Shown: in pieces, positions 38,901-48,435 of the stretch
Numbering within the stretch: position 1 is the stretch's first letter
Layout of the letters: each line of letters starts with the position of its first letter
Program-made: the position numbers and the translations under genes
The notes under the pieces: model-generated
What the model was told of the DNA's origin: nothing
Database searches by the model: none
Seen by the model: only the letters and a program-made list of their open reading frames with translations
Source: an uncultured delta proteobacterium
GTDB lineage: Bacteria; Desulfobacterota; Binatia; UBA9968
Direction of reading: 5' to 3'
Assembly (NCBI GenBank): GCA_963816145.1
Contig: CAWFJP010000013.1
Location: forward strand, 64,001 to 128,000
Length of the DNA stretch: 64,000 nucleotides

Positions 38901-41900
38901 TCACTGCGACACTGTCGGCAGTGTCCGGCCAGGATGTGACGGTTAATCTCGGTTTTTCCGGAACTGCAACGATCAATACCGACTACTCGGCTAGCGCCCC
39001 GTCGATCACGATCACAGCAGGTAGCACCACGGCTTCGATCACCCTGACCGCGATCCAGGATTCCATTGATGAAACGAACGAGACTATCGTTGTCGATATA
39101 GCGACCGTGACGAATGGAACAGAGTCGGGGACTCAACAAGTCACAGCGACGATCGTGGATGATGATGCAGCGCCGACAGTGACTTTGTCACTGATTGGTA
39201 GTCCGATGGCGGAGGCAGGAGGAGTGGCGACGGTCACTGCGACACTGTCGGCAGTGTCCGGCCAGGATGTGACGGTTAATCTCGGTTTTTCCGGAACTGC
39301 AACGATCAATATCGATTATACAGCGAGTGCTTCATCGATCACGATAACGGCGGGGAATACGACCGGTTCGATCACGCTGACGGCCATCCAAGACGCGGTC
39401 AATGAGCCGATTGAGACGATCGTGGTGGATATCACCACAGTCACGAATGGGACCGAGTCCGGAACGCAGCAGGTCACCGCGACAATCACCGATGACGATG
39501 CAGCACCGACGGTGACGTTGTCGATCAGCGGCAGTACGATGGCGGAAGCGATGGGAGTGGCGACGGTCACGGCGACATTGTCGGCGGTGTCAGGTCAAAA
39601 CGTTACGGTGAATCTGCTTTTTTCTGGCACGGCCACGGTGACTTCGGACTACACACGTTCAGGAACGTCGATCGGCATCCCTGCCGGAAGCACAACCGGA
39701 AGCATTGCTTTAACGGCGGTTCAGGATTCGATCGACGAACCCAATGAAACGATCATCGTCGATATCGATACGGTAACCAACGCCACGGAGTCCGGCACGC
39801 AGCAGGTGTCGGCGACAATCACCGATGACGATCCGCCACCGAGCGTGGCGTTCGATGTCACGACTTCGAGCGGCTTGGAATCGGTGACGCCGGCGAATCT
39901 CTCGGTGTCGCTGTCGACTGCCTCTGGCCAGATGGTGACCATTGAATATGCAGTGAGTGGCGGGACGGCCACGGGAGGAGGAGTAGACTATACTCTCGCA
40001 AGCGGGACGTTGATCTTTGCAGCAGGTCAAACCAATAAAATGCTCCCGATAACGATTGTCAATGATGCCTTGGATGAAGCCAATGAGACGATTCAAGTCA
40101 CGCTGGCCAATCCAACCAACGCCACACTAGGCACGAACACGGCCCACACCTATACGATCACGGATGACGACCCGCCGCCATCTGTGGCATTCGATGCGAC
40201 GAGTTCTAGCGGCTCGGAGAACGTGACTTCGGTCAACCTACCGGTATCCTTGTCTACGGCATCAGGTCAGACGGTCATGGTTGACTATGCGGTCACCGGC
40301 GGCACCGCGACCGGTGGGGGAGTCGACTATACATTGGCTGCCGGCACGTTGATATTCACAGCCGGAACGACCACACAGAATATCGCGCTGACGGTCGCGG
40401 ACGACGCACTCGATGAGGCCAATGAAACGATTCAGATCACTTTGTCGACGCCGCTCAATGCGACCTTGGGTGCAAACACGGTGCACACGTACACCATCAG
40501 CGATGAAGATGTGACGCCAACGGTTGCGTTTAATGCTACGACTTCCAGTGGCGCTGAGTCGGTAACTGCGGTGACGATTCCGGTCTCCTTGTCTACCGCG
40601 TCAGGACAGACGGTGACTATCGATTACGCAGTAACGGGGGGCACGGCGACCGGCGGCGGGTTGGATTACACGTTGGCCGCCGGCACGTTGACTTTTACAG
40701 CGGGTACGACCTCCCATAACCTAGCGATCACGGTTGTGGACGACGCCCTCGATGAAGCGGATGAAACGATCCAGATTACCTTGACCAATCCGACCAACGC
40801 GACATTGGGCGCGAACGCAGTTCACACGTATACAATCAACGATAACGACACTGCGCCGACAGTGGCATTTAATGCGACGACATCGAGCGGGGCGGAATCC
40901 GTCACCTCGGTGACGGTCCCAGTTTCCCTCTCAGCTGCCTCGGGTCAGACTATCACGGTGGATTATGCCGTTACGGGTGGGATGGCGACCGGCGGTGGAG
41001 TTGACTACACCCTGGCCAATGGCACGCTGACGTTCACGGCAGGAATCACTGGTCAGAATATTTCGATTACAGTCGTGAACGACGCCCTCGATGAAGCGGA
41101 CGAAACGATCCAGATCACGTTGGCCAATCCGAGCAATGCGACGTTGGGAACCAACACGGCTCATACCTATACGATCACGGATGACGATCCGCCACCGAGC
41201 GTGGCGTTCGATGTCACGACTTCGAGCGGCTTGGAATCGGTGACGCCGGCGAATCTCTCGGTGTCGCTGTCGACTGCCTCTGGCCAGATGGTGACCATTG
41301 AATATGCAGTGAGTGGCGGGACGGCCACGGGAGGAGGAGTAGACTATACTCTCGCAAGCGGGACGTTGATCTTTGCAGCAGGTCAAACCAATAAAATGCT
41401 CCCGATAACGATTGTCAATGATGCCTTGGATGAAGCCAATGAGACGATTCAAGTCACGCTGGCCAATCCAACCAACGCCACACTAGGCACGAACACGGCC
41501 CACACCTATACGATCACGGATGACGATCCGCCGCCGAGCGTGGCTTTCGATGCAACCAGCTCCAGCGGTTTGGAGTCGGTAGCGTCAGTCAATATTCCGG
41601 TCAGCCTTGCCGCGGTTTCTGGTCAGACCGTAATGGTCGATTATGCGGTAACTGGTGGCACCGCCACCGGCGGGGGGGTCGACTACGCCCTGGCCAACGG
41701 CACGCTCATTTTTACAGCCGGAACGACTGTGCAGAATATTGCTTTGACGATCGCAGACGACGGACTCGATGAGACCAATGAAACGATTCAGATCACGTTG
41801 TCCAATCCGCTCAACGCAACTTTGGGAACCAACACGGATCATACCTATACGATTCTCGACGAAGACACGACGCCGACGGTGGCATTCAATGGGACGACTT

Positions 41901-44900
41901 CCAGTGCTGTCGAGTCGGTAACGTCAGTGACGATTCCACTTTCCCTATCAGCCCCTTCTGGGCTGACCGTCACGGTCGATTACGCGGTTACCGGAGGCAC
42001 GGCCACTGGTGGCGGGGTGGATTACACGTTGGCCGCGGGCACGTTGACTTTTACGCCTGGGGTAACCACGCAGAATATTCCTATCACTGTGGTGAACGAC
42101 ACGCTGGACGAATCGGACGAGACCATTCAGATTACCTTGTCCAATCCAAGCAATGCGATTCTCGGTGCCAACGCCGTTCACACCTATACGATCCTCGATG
42201 ACGACGCGACGCCGACGGTGGCTTTTAGCACGGCCAGCTCCAGCGGTTTGGAATCGGTGACATCGGTGATGTTGCCGATTACTTTATCTGGAGCATCCGG
42301 CCAAACTGTGACGGTGGATTATGCCGTTACGGGTGGGACGGCGACGGGCGGTGGAGTCGACTACACCCTGGCCAGTGGCACGTCGACGTTCACGGCAGGA
42401 ACCACTAGTCAGAATATTTCTATTACAGTGGTGAATGATGCCCTTGATGAGGCGGACGAAACCATTCAAATCACACTGGCCAATCCTACCAATGCGACGT
42501 TAGGCGTTAGTACGCTTCACACCTACACGATCACCGATGATGATACGCCGCCGTTGCTAGCTTTTGGTTCTGCTAGTTCGAACGGCTTAGAATCGGTAGC
42601 TACAGTAACTATCCCGGTAACCCTCTCTCCTGCCTCAGGTCTGACGGTGACGGTGGATTACGCTGTGAGCGGTGGCACAGCCAGCGGCGGCGGTGTCGAT
42701 TATACGCTGGTCAATGGGACGCTGACGTTCACGGCTGGAGTCACGACGCAGAATATTTCACTCACCGTGGTCAATGACACACTCGCCGAAGCCAACGAAA
42801 CCATCCAGTTGTCGTTGTCGAACCCGACCAACGGGACACTCGGAGCAACAACCGTGCATACGTATACGATTACCGACGATGACATTGCGCCGGCGCTAAC
42901 GATCGGCGATGTGACGGTCACAGAAGGAAACTCCGGCACGGTCAACGCCGTATTTACCGTAACACTGTCGGCAGCTTCGGGGCAGACCGTGACGGTGGAT
43001 TATGTCACGGCCAGCAATACTGCCACTGGCGGCGCTAGCTGCGCTGCTGGGATCGATTATGTCAGCACCAGCGGCACGCTCACGTTCACCGCAGGGCAGA
43101 CTACCAGGACGGCGACCGTGGCGGTATGCGGTGACACACTCAGTGAAGCGAATGAGACTTTCTTGGTCGATCTCAGCAATGCCGTCAATGCCACGATATC
43201 AGATAGTCACGGGCAAGGTACCATTACAGACGACGATGCGGCACCTACGGTGAGCTTATTGTTAGCGGGAGCGTCCATGGCCGAAGCCGGAGGCCTCGCG
43301 ACAGTTACCGCAACTCTGTCCGCCGTTTCTGCGCAAACGGTCACTGTCGTGCTGAGTTTCTCCGGCACAGCAACCTCGAATGTCGATTACAGTCCGTCGG
43401 CGGCCTCAATTGTCATTGGGCCGGGTAGTTTGAGCGGTAGCGTGACACTGACGGCGATACAAGATGCGCTTGTCGAAGGCAATGAAACGATAATTGTTGG
43501 CATGGGTGTGGTGACCAACGCAACGCCCACGGGCACGCAACAGGTCATGGCAACTATTATCGACGACGATACCCCGCCGATCGCCCTCAATCTCAGCATC
43601 GACGATGCACCAGATCCGGTCCAGGCCGGTGGGCAAATCACCTACATGCTAACGTACAGCAACCCGACGAGCGCCAATCAGATCGGTCCGGGCGCAACTT
43701 TGATTAGTGTATTGCCGGCGAACACGACATTCGTGTCAGCCAGCAACGGCGGGACCTACGCCACCGGGGCGGTGACATGGAGCTTGGGCGATCTGTCGCC
43801 GGGATCGGGCGGAACGCGAACGCTAGTCGTGCAAGTGGTTGCGCCGTTGGCGAATGGAACGGTGTTAACACATCAGGCAACGCTGCAGGATACCTTGGGC
43901 GATAGCGCCACGGCGAATCAAACAACCACGGTGCAAAACGCGGCGGCGCTCGCATTATCCATAAGTGACAGTCCAGACCCCGTGCCGGCGGGCGGGCAAA
44001 TCACCTACACCTATACGTTCAGTAACTTGTCGTCAGGGAATCAAACTGCGGTTGGGACGGTGATCGTGGTGACCTTGCCGAACGAGACAACTTTTGTATC
44101 GGCAAGTAATGGCGGCACGTTGGCCGCAGGCGTAATAAGTTGGCCGATCGGCAATCTCGCCCCCGGAGCCAGCGGTAGCCGAACCCTGGTGGTATTGGTC
44201 AATTCACCTTTGGCTAACGGTACATTGATAACCGAGGATGCGGCGATTCAAGACGCCGCCCTAAATAGCGCCAATGCCAACCAGACGACGACTGTTCACA
44301 GCGCGCCGTTGCTGTCGCTGACAACCAGCGATAGTCCGGACCCAGTGCAAGCCGGCGGTCAGATCACTTACACACTGACGTTCAGGAATTCGAGCAATAC
44401 CAATCAGACTGCATCGGCTGTGACGCTGACGAATACACTGCCAAAAAACACGACGTTTGTCTCGGCCAGCGACGGCGGTTCGCTGGCGGGCAACGCGGTT
44501 ACTTGGACGATCGGCAGCCTCGCTGCCGGCGCGTCGGGCAGCAGAACATTGGTGGTCAAGGTGGCTTCGCCATTGCCGAACGGCACGTTGCTTAACAATC
44601 TGGCAACCATTTCCGATAGCGCTGGTGGTAGTGCCAACTCTCAGATCATCACGACGGTGGGTGAGACGGGAGGCGTTGGTGGAGGTGGTATCGCGTCGAC
44701 ACCCACGACCTCAAGCGTGCCCAGCGCGTCGAGCTTCGCAAGTAGTGCAGCACCTACGCCATCGATTGCGCTCGAACCCTTCAGCGAAGCGCCTCCAGCT
44801 GAGCCAATTTCCAGGCCAGCGCCGGCGGTGCAGAATCAAATAACGAGTTTGCCGACTCGTACCCCAGACGCCTGTACGTCTACATCACACTTATCACTGG

Positions 44901-45646
44901 CTGCATCCCACACTCCCAAGCCGGCAATGGCCGCTGGGCAGATTACTTACACATTCACGTTCGCAAACCAAAGTTCCCGCGATACGGTTCGCAATGTTTA
45001 CTTGGTGAGCCGCTTGCCGGATGTAATGACCCCAGTCTCAGCGAGCAACGGTGGCGAAACGGCCGGCGGCGAGATTCAGTGGAACCTGGGAGACCTAATG
45101 CCCGGAGCCAGCGGCAAACGTACCCTCGTTGCGCAAATCGCGAGTCTTAACCCTGGCGCCACGATGCTCGCTAATAACCATGTTTACTTGGAGGACGGGC
45201 AAAGTCTATGCGCCCAGGCTATCGAAGCAACGACGATCAAGACTCCATCGTTGCTGGATAAAGACAACGATGGGTTCTCGGACGACGAAGAACTTAAATG
45301 CGGCTCGGATCCACGCAACAGTCAAAGCACTTGTTATGATCTCGATTTGTCCGAAAGCCATGTTCGTATACCGCGCAATTCGACTGCGACGATTACGGCG
45401 CGAGTACATACTTCGAAGCGATTTGCCGGCGCTGTCACTCTGGCGCCAGAAAACACTCTGCGCGGCGTGATGTGGCGCTTGTCGGAGCCAGTGGTGACGC
45501 TAAACACCGCGGCAAAAAATGCCTCGACGTTAATTACCCTACAAACCACCAGTACTACTAGCCTCGGGATACATCATGTGCCGATTTGGGCGCGCAGCGG
45601 CGCGATGGAGCAGATGAAGATCCTGCTTATCGAAGTCCTACCGTAA
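35984..45646 (+). CDS. Giant secreted Calx-beta/DUF11 repeat surface protein (putative adhesin)
   Basis: Signal peptide (AYA|A); T/G/N-rich beta region; about 18 Calx-beta-like repeats (GTAT...DY...D..DE..ET....TI.DDD); 4 DUF11-like repeats (D.PDPV.AGGQITY); DxDxDG.SD.EE motif near the C-terminus. Confidence 0.88.
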   Translation: MPQNRRKNFLKKSSLLLQKRACLLATCLVLTAFAFLSRAYAATITSAATGNWGTGATWVGGVAPVAGDNAVIANGHTVSLTAASSITDIIINNGGVLAGSTRRLTASGNYTNNGTHSGTGGVTLTGTNTTINGTGTTSNTGTFIVQTGNKSVAAAANLTIAGAITITGAITVTNNGTITGTSTSAMTGSVASSTWVNAVNATLNIAASAVLATGTLDAAANPNTVNYDRGGNQTIKGTTYHHLTVSTGGTKTAGAALTVNGDVTIGAGATLALGSFSHSFKASITNNGALTASTSTVTLNGSATQTISGSSATSFYNLTINNMNGISLSRAATVTRTLTFTSGNVMTGVNALTLSSTGSVSRTSGHVVGNFQKNIATGATSKTYEIGDATNYTPVSVVFGSVTVAGNLTASTAAGDHANIGATPIDSAKSVNRTWTMTNTGITFTNYSATFTFVPGDIDAGANTSNFGVGKYASGSWSYPTVGTKTATTTQMTGVTSFGDYQIGELPTVAFSATTSSGSESVTAVSIPVSLTPSASQTVTVDYAVTGGTATGGGVDYTFANGTLTFTAGQTSQNISLTAVNDTLDEVNETIQITLSNPVNAVLGANTVHTYTINDDDAVPTVTLSLTGSPMAEAAGVATVSATLSAVSGQNVTVNLSFSGTATLTSDYTRSGTSITIPAGSTTGSITLTAVQDSIDEANETIIVDISTVTNGTESGTQRVTATITDDDPVPTVTLSMTGGPMAEAGGVATVTAALSAVSGRSVTVNLSFSGTATLTSDYTRSGTSITIPAGSTTGSITLTAVQDSIDEPNETIIVDINTVTNGTESGTQQVTATITDDDAAPTVSLSLTGSPMAEAAGVATVIATLSAVSGQVVTVDLSFSGTATLTSDYTRSGTSITIPAGSTTGSITLTAVQDSIDEPNETIIVDINTVTNGTESGTQQVTATITDDDAVPTVSLSLTGSPMAEAAGVATVTATLSAVSGQDVTVNLGFSGTATINTDYSASAPSITITAGSTTASITLTAIQDSIDETNETIVVDIATVTNGTESGTQQVTATIVDDDAAPTVTLSLIGSPMAEAGGVATVTATLSAVSGQDVTVNLGFSGTATINIDYTASASSITITAGNTTGSITLTAIQDAVNEPIETIVVDITTVTNGTESGTQQVTATITDDDAAPTVTLSISGSTMAEAMGVATVTATLSAVSGQNVTVNLLFSGTATVTSDYTRSGTSIGIPAGSTTGSIALTAVQDSIDEPNETIIVDIDTVTNATESGTQQVSATITDDDPPPSVAFDVTTSSGLESVTPANLSVSLSTASGQMVTIEYAVSGGTATGGGVDYTLASGTLIFAAGQTNKMLPITIVNDALDEANETIQVTLANPTNATLGTNTAHTYTITDDDPPPSVAFDATSSSGSENVTSVNLPVSLSTASGQTVMVDYAVTGGTATGGGVDYTLAAGTLIFTAGTTTQNIALTVADDALDEANETIQITLSTPLNATLGANTVHTYTISDEDVTPTVAFNATTSSGAESVTAVTIPVSLSTASGQTVTIDYAVTGGTATGGGLDYTLAAGTLTFTAGTTSHNLAITVVDDALDEADETIQITLTNPTNATLGANAVHTYTINDNDTAPTVAFNATTSSGAESVTSVTVPVSLSAASGQTITVDYAVTGGMATGGGVDYTLANGTLTFTAGITGQNISITVVNDALDEADETIQITLANPSNATLGTNTAHTYTITDDDPPPSVAFDVTTSSGLESVTPANLSVSLSTASGQMVTIEYAVSGGTATGGGVDYTLASGTLIFAAGQTNKMLPITIVNDALDEANETIQVTLANPTNATLGTNTAHTYTITDDDPPPSVAFDATSSSGLESVASVNIPVSLAAVSGQTVMVDYAVTGGTATGGGVDYALANGTLIFTAGTTVQNIALTIADDGLDETNETIQITLSNPLNATLGTNTDHTYTILDEDTTPTVAFNGTTSSAVESVTSVTIPLSLSAPSGLTVTVDYAVTGGTATGGGVDYTLAAGTLTFTPGVTTQNIPITVVNDTLDESDETIQITLSNPSNAILGANAVHTYTILDDDATPTVAFSTASSSGLESVTSVMLPITLSGASGQTVTVDYAVTGGTATGGGVDYTLASGTSTFTAGTTSQNISITVVNDALDEADETIQITLANPTNATLGVSTLHTYTITDDDTPPLLAFGSASSNGLESVATVTIPVTLSPASGLTVTVDYAVSGGTASGGGVDYTLVNGTLTFTAGVTTQNISLTVVNDTLAEANETIQLSLSNPTNGTLGATTVHTYTITDDDIAPALTIGDVTVTEGNSGTVNAVFTVTLSAASGQTVTVDYVTASNTATGGASCAAGIDYVSTSGTLTFTAGQTTRTATVAVCGDTLSEANETFLVDLSNAVNATISDSHGQGTITDDDAAPTVSLLLAGASMAEAGGLATVTATLSAVSAQTVTVVLSFSGTATSNVDYSPSAASIVIGPGSLSGSVTLTAIQDALVEGNETIIVGMGVVTNATPTGTQQVMATIIDDDTPPIALNLSIDDAPDPVQAGGQITYMLTYSNPTSANQIGPGATLISVLPANTTFVSASNGGTYATGAVTWSLGDLSPGSGGTRTLVVQVVAPLANGTVLTHQATLQDTLGDSATANQTTTVQNAAALALSISDSPDPVPAGGQITYTYTFSNLSSGNQTAVGTVIVVTLPNETTFVSASNGGTLAAGVISWPIGNLAPGASGSRTLVVLVNSPLANGTLITEDAAIQDAALNSANANQTTTVHSAPLLSLTTSDSPDPVQAGGQITYTLTFRNSSNTNQTASAVTLTNTLPKNTTFVSASDGGSLAGNAVTWTIGSLAAGASGSRTLVVKVASPLPNGTLLNNLATISDSAGGSANSQIITTVGETGGVGGGGIASTPTTSSVPSASSFASSAAPTPSIALEPFSEAPPAEPISRPAPAVQNQITSLPTRTPDACTSTSHLSLAASHTPKPAMAAGQITYTFTFANQSSRDTVRNVYLVSRLPDVMTPVSASNGGETAGGEIQWNLGDLMPGASGKRTLVAQIASLNPGATMLANNHVYLEDGQSLCAQAIEATTIKTPSLLDKDNDGFSDDEELKCGSDPRNSQSTCYDLDLSESHVRIPRNSTATITARVHTSKRFAGAVTLAPENTLRGVMWRLSEPVVTLNTAAKNASTLITLQTTSTTSLGIHHVPIWARSGAMEQMKILLIEVLP
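39824..41526 (+). repeat. Apparently identical 347-bp direct repeat inside the giant gene (39824-40170 and 41180-41526)
   Basis: Manual comparison found no mismatches; offset 1356 bp (4 domains); two minus-strand shadow ORFs share identical N-termini. Confidence 0.85.
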
Positions 45647-45796
45647 AGTCCTGGGTAGAAACCCCGATAAAGATTGCCTCGTCCTCCCTCACGAAGAAAT
45701 ACACAGCTGACGATGGCGTGCGGCGCCGTCTTTGCGATTCGCTCTTCGGCTCGAAACCCCGCGAAGAACCGGCTCTCTACCGCGGCAAACGTGAAC

Positions 45797-45904
45797 GCGG
45801 CGATCCGTGGCGGGGTTGCTTACGTGAATATTCACGCTTTGCCGCTGAACGGTGGCGACGAAATCCGCGGCCAGATCGAAGCCACGCGCGGTGAACGGGA
45901 TTAA
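45797..45904 (+). pseudogene. C-terminal remnant of a CHRD-domain gene
   Basis: AAIRGGVAYVNIHALPLNGGDEIRGQI matches the CHRD C-terminal YVN.H....GEIRGQ motif; no N-terminal part upstream. Confidence 0.6.
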
Positions 45905-46045
45905 CGGGCGCAAGATCAATTCTGGAATTCGATTTTGGCGCGGCGATGGGGAGTGCGAAGATCCCCCCGTTGCGGCGTTGGATTTCACGACGGATAAATA
46001 AGATTAAATGCGACTGGCCGTAACTCTTTTCACGCAGGAGTTCGG

Positions 46046-47137
46046 TTATCTCGCCTCTTCGATATACTTGCGCAAGAAACTCACGATTTCAGGCGGCGTG
46101 TTTGATGCTTGACGAAACAGGCGTTCCCCGGCTTCGCCGACCTCAAAGCGCGGCTGGAAGCGCATGGCGGTGATCGCGTCCTGGAGAAAGTCTGGATCCT
46201 TTGCCAGGCTATCAAACGCTTTACGCAAGATCGCGATCGATTCAGCCGGCGCTTTGGGCGGCAACAGCACCATGCGGGTCATGTTGGTGCTCGACATGTT
46301 AGCCGCCTTGAGCGCTTCGTACTTGATGCCCGAGGGGAGCTTGCCGAAGACCTCTTTGTAATAATACGTAAACGGCAACAGTTCCGGCACGTCGCGGCTG
46401 ACCAGAATTTCACCACTCGGCGCAACCAAGTCCGTATAATAGATCGGGATGACCATACCGGTCTTGACCATCTGCGGCTCCACCTGGGTACGGTAACTGG
46501 GTAAAGTCTCATCATGATATTGCGCTTCGCCGCGCTGCACGGCGAGACGCGCGTCGGAGCTGTTGTTGTAGCCGGTGACGTAGTCGTATTTGAGTCCGAG
46601 CAGATCGAAGGACAAACGGAAGCGCACATCTTTGGAGCTGCTCACGCCCAAGCCAGCGGCGCGAAATTTTTGCGCCTTGACGAAATCCGAAGGTTTCTTC
46701 ATGCCCGGCGCCACGTCGGAGCGAATATAGGAAACCGTCACACCATGCACGCCGGTAATAAAGCCGAACTTGCCGAGATCGACGCGCAACGCTTGATCTT
46801 TGATCTGATGCTGGAACAAGCTGCCGGTAAAATACGCTGCCGTGTAACCGTCGGGCTTGGCGACCTCACCAATATAGTTCGTCGCCGTGATACCGCCGGC
46901 GCCGCCCATGGCTTGCACCGTAACCGTGGGCTGGCCGGGAATATGTTTGGGCAGATGTTTGGCAAAGATCCGGCTTTCTATATCGGTGGGGCCGCCGGCG
47001 GCGAAGTTGATGACGATGTTGAGGGTCTTGCCTTGATAGAGTGGAGGTTTTTCGGCGCTCAATGCCGCCTTCGAGTTTGCGAACCATATTGCGAGCCCAC
47101 AGAGAACGATAAACCGTCGCCAAGGTCGACGTGCCAT
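46046..47137 (-). CDS. TctC/Bug substrate-binding protein
   Basis: YQGKT...FAAGGPTD..SR, HIPGQP, AKPDGYT. Confidence 0.88.
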   Translation of the reverse strand: MARRPWRRFIVLCGLAIWFANSKAALSAEKPPLYQGKTLNIVINFAAGGPTDIESRIFAKHLPKHIPGQPTVTVQAMGGAGGITATNYIGEVAKPDGYTAAYFTGSLFQHQIKDQALRVDLGKFGFITGVHGVTVSYIRSDVAPGMKKPSDFVKAQKFRAAGLGVSSSKDVRFRLSFDLLGLKYDYVTGYNNSSDARLAVQRGEAQYHDETLPSYRTQVEPQMVKTGMVIPIYYTDLVAPSGEILVSRDVPELLPFTYYYKEVFGKLPSGIKYEALKAANMSSTNMTRMVLLPPKAPAESIAILRKAFDSLAKDPDFLQDAITAMRFQPRFEVGEAGERLFRQASNTPPEIVSFLRKYIEEAR

Positions 47138-47191
47138 CTTGATTCTCCTTGTATCGCTATTGTGAAAATATTCTCCGCGAAAAAATCTAAC

Positions 47192-47272
47192 TCACCACGA
47201 AGACACGAAGTTCACGAAGTGCGGAATCATGATAATCCGAAAACCTTCGTCTTCTTCACGCCTTCGTGGTGA
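47192..47272. repeat. CACGAAG/CTTCGTG inverted tandem hairpin, copy 2
   Basis: TCACCACGAAG ACACGAAG TTCACGAAG ... CTTCGTCTT CTTCACGC CTTCGTGGTGA; same termini as 32050-32138. Confidence 0.85.
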
Positions 47273-47312
47273 AGAATTCTGTCTCATTACGTTGTGATGC
47301 TGCCGAGTTAGC

Positions 47313-48320
47313 TTACAAACCGAATATTTTCCGAAACTCCCGTGCGTGATCGTCCAGTCCTGAGTACACCTCTTTGGGTACCGCTTTCAACCTCAATTTG
47401 CTTTGATCCATTTTCGGGGCCAGCGGTTTGACGTCGCTGCGCGCCGGGATGCGGCGCATCTCGCGGATCATCTCCTGGCCTTTGCGCGAAGTCGCGAAGT
47501 TGATCAGCAGCTTGGCGGCATTGGGGCTGGTTGCCTTGGCGCTAAGCGCTATACCGCTGATGGTCACGACGATCGGATCGAAACTTTCGATCCAATCCAC
47601 TGGCGCGCCGTCACTCTTCATTCGTTCGATGCGGAAGTTATAGGCCCATGCCAATGGCACTTCGCCGGCGCCTACGAGTTGGGCGGTCAAGCCGTGGCCG
47701 CGGCGCCAGAGCGGATCTTGTTTTGCGAGCTGCTGCATGTACTTGACGGTTCTTTCCCGCCCCCACACCGTCATCAGCGTGCCGAACCAGTCATAGTCGG
47801 TGGAATCCATCAGCATCTGGCCTTTCCACTTGGGATGGAGCAAGTCGTCATAACTTTTCGGCGCCTCTTTGGCGGCGAGCATCTTGCTGTTATAGGCGAG
47901 CACCAGATTGTTGACGAAGACACCGGTCCAGTAACCCTGAGGATCTTTGAACTGATCAATAAATAGATCGCGATCCGGAGCGAGATAAGGCACGATCACC
48001 TTGCGCTCGATCATCGTCGCGATCGAGCTTGTCGATAGGACATCGAAAGCCCAGCGACCTGCGCGGATCTCGCTCAAGATGCGGTTTACCAATTGTTCCT
48101 CGCCCAATCGAACCAGTTCCGGTCTGATGAACGGGTACTCTTTAACAAAGGCATCGAGCAACGGCTTCGAAGTATCCACCGCCATCGAAGTGTACCAGGT
48201 GAGTTTGCCTTCTTTCTTGGCGCCGTCGACGAGGACGGCTTGGGATTGAGCAAGCAGCGGGGTGGCGAAGGAGAGAATAATCAGAACCAATGGAGCGAAG
48301 GAATGTAAAGTAAATTTCAT
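47313..48320 (-). CDS. Extracellular solute-binding protein, close paralog of 15132-16151
   Basis: Shared WYTSMA, MLMDSTDYDWFGTL, WRRGHGL, KMDQ..L, EFR.IFGL. Confidence 0.88.
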   Translation of the reverse strand: MKFTLHSFAPLVLIILSFATPLLAQSQAVLVDGAKKEGKLTWYTSMAVDTSKPLLDAFVKEYPFIRPELVRLGEEQLVNRILSEIRAGRWAFDVLSTSSIATMIERKVIVPYLAPDRDLFIDQFKDPQGYWTGVFVNNLVLAYNSKMLAAKEAPKSYDDLLHPKWKGQMLMDSTDYDWFGTLMTVWGRERTVKYMQQLAKQDPLWRRGHGLTAQLVGAGEVPLAWAYNFRIERMKSDGAPVDWIESFDPIVVTISGIALSAKATSPNAAKLLINFATSRKGQEMIREMRRIPARSDVKPLAPKMDQSKLRLKAVPKEVYSGLDDHAREFRKIFGL

Positions 48321-48343
48321 GCTACTCCTCAAAACTCCTACGC

Positions 48344-48425
48344 GGTCGAGGATGGAAGATGGAGGATCGAAAATGGCGAGGATCGAAGAGGGCGATTAGC
48401 CATCCTCGATCCTCCATCCTCGACC
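48344..48425. repeat. Inverted tandem heptamer (TCGAGGA/TGGAGGA) hairpin
   Basis: GG-TCGAGGA-TGGAAGA-TGGAGGA-TCGAAAA-TGG... / CCA-TCCTCGA-TCCTCCA-TCCTCGA-CC. Confidence 0.82.
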
Positions 48426-48435
48426 CGTTCGGTTC

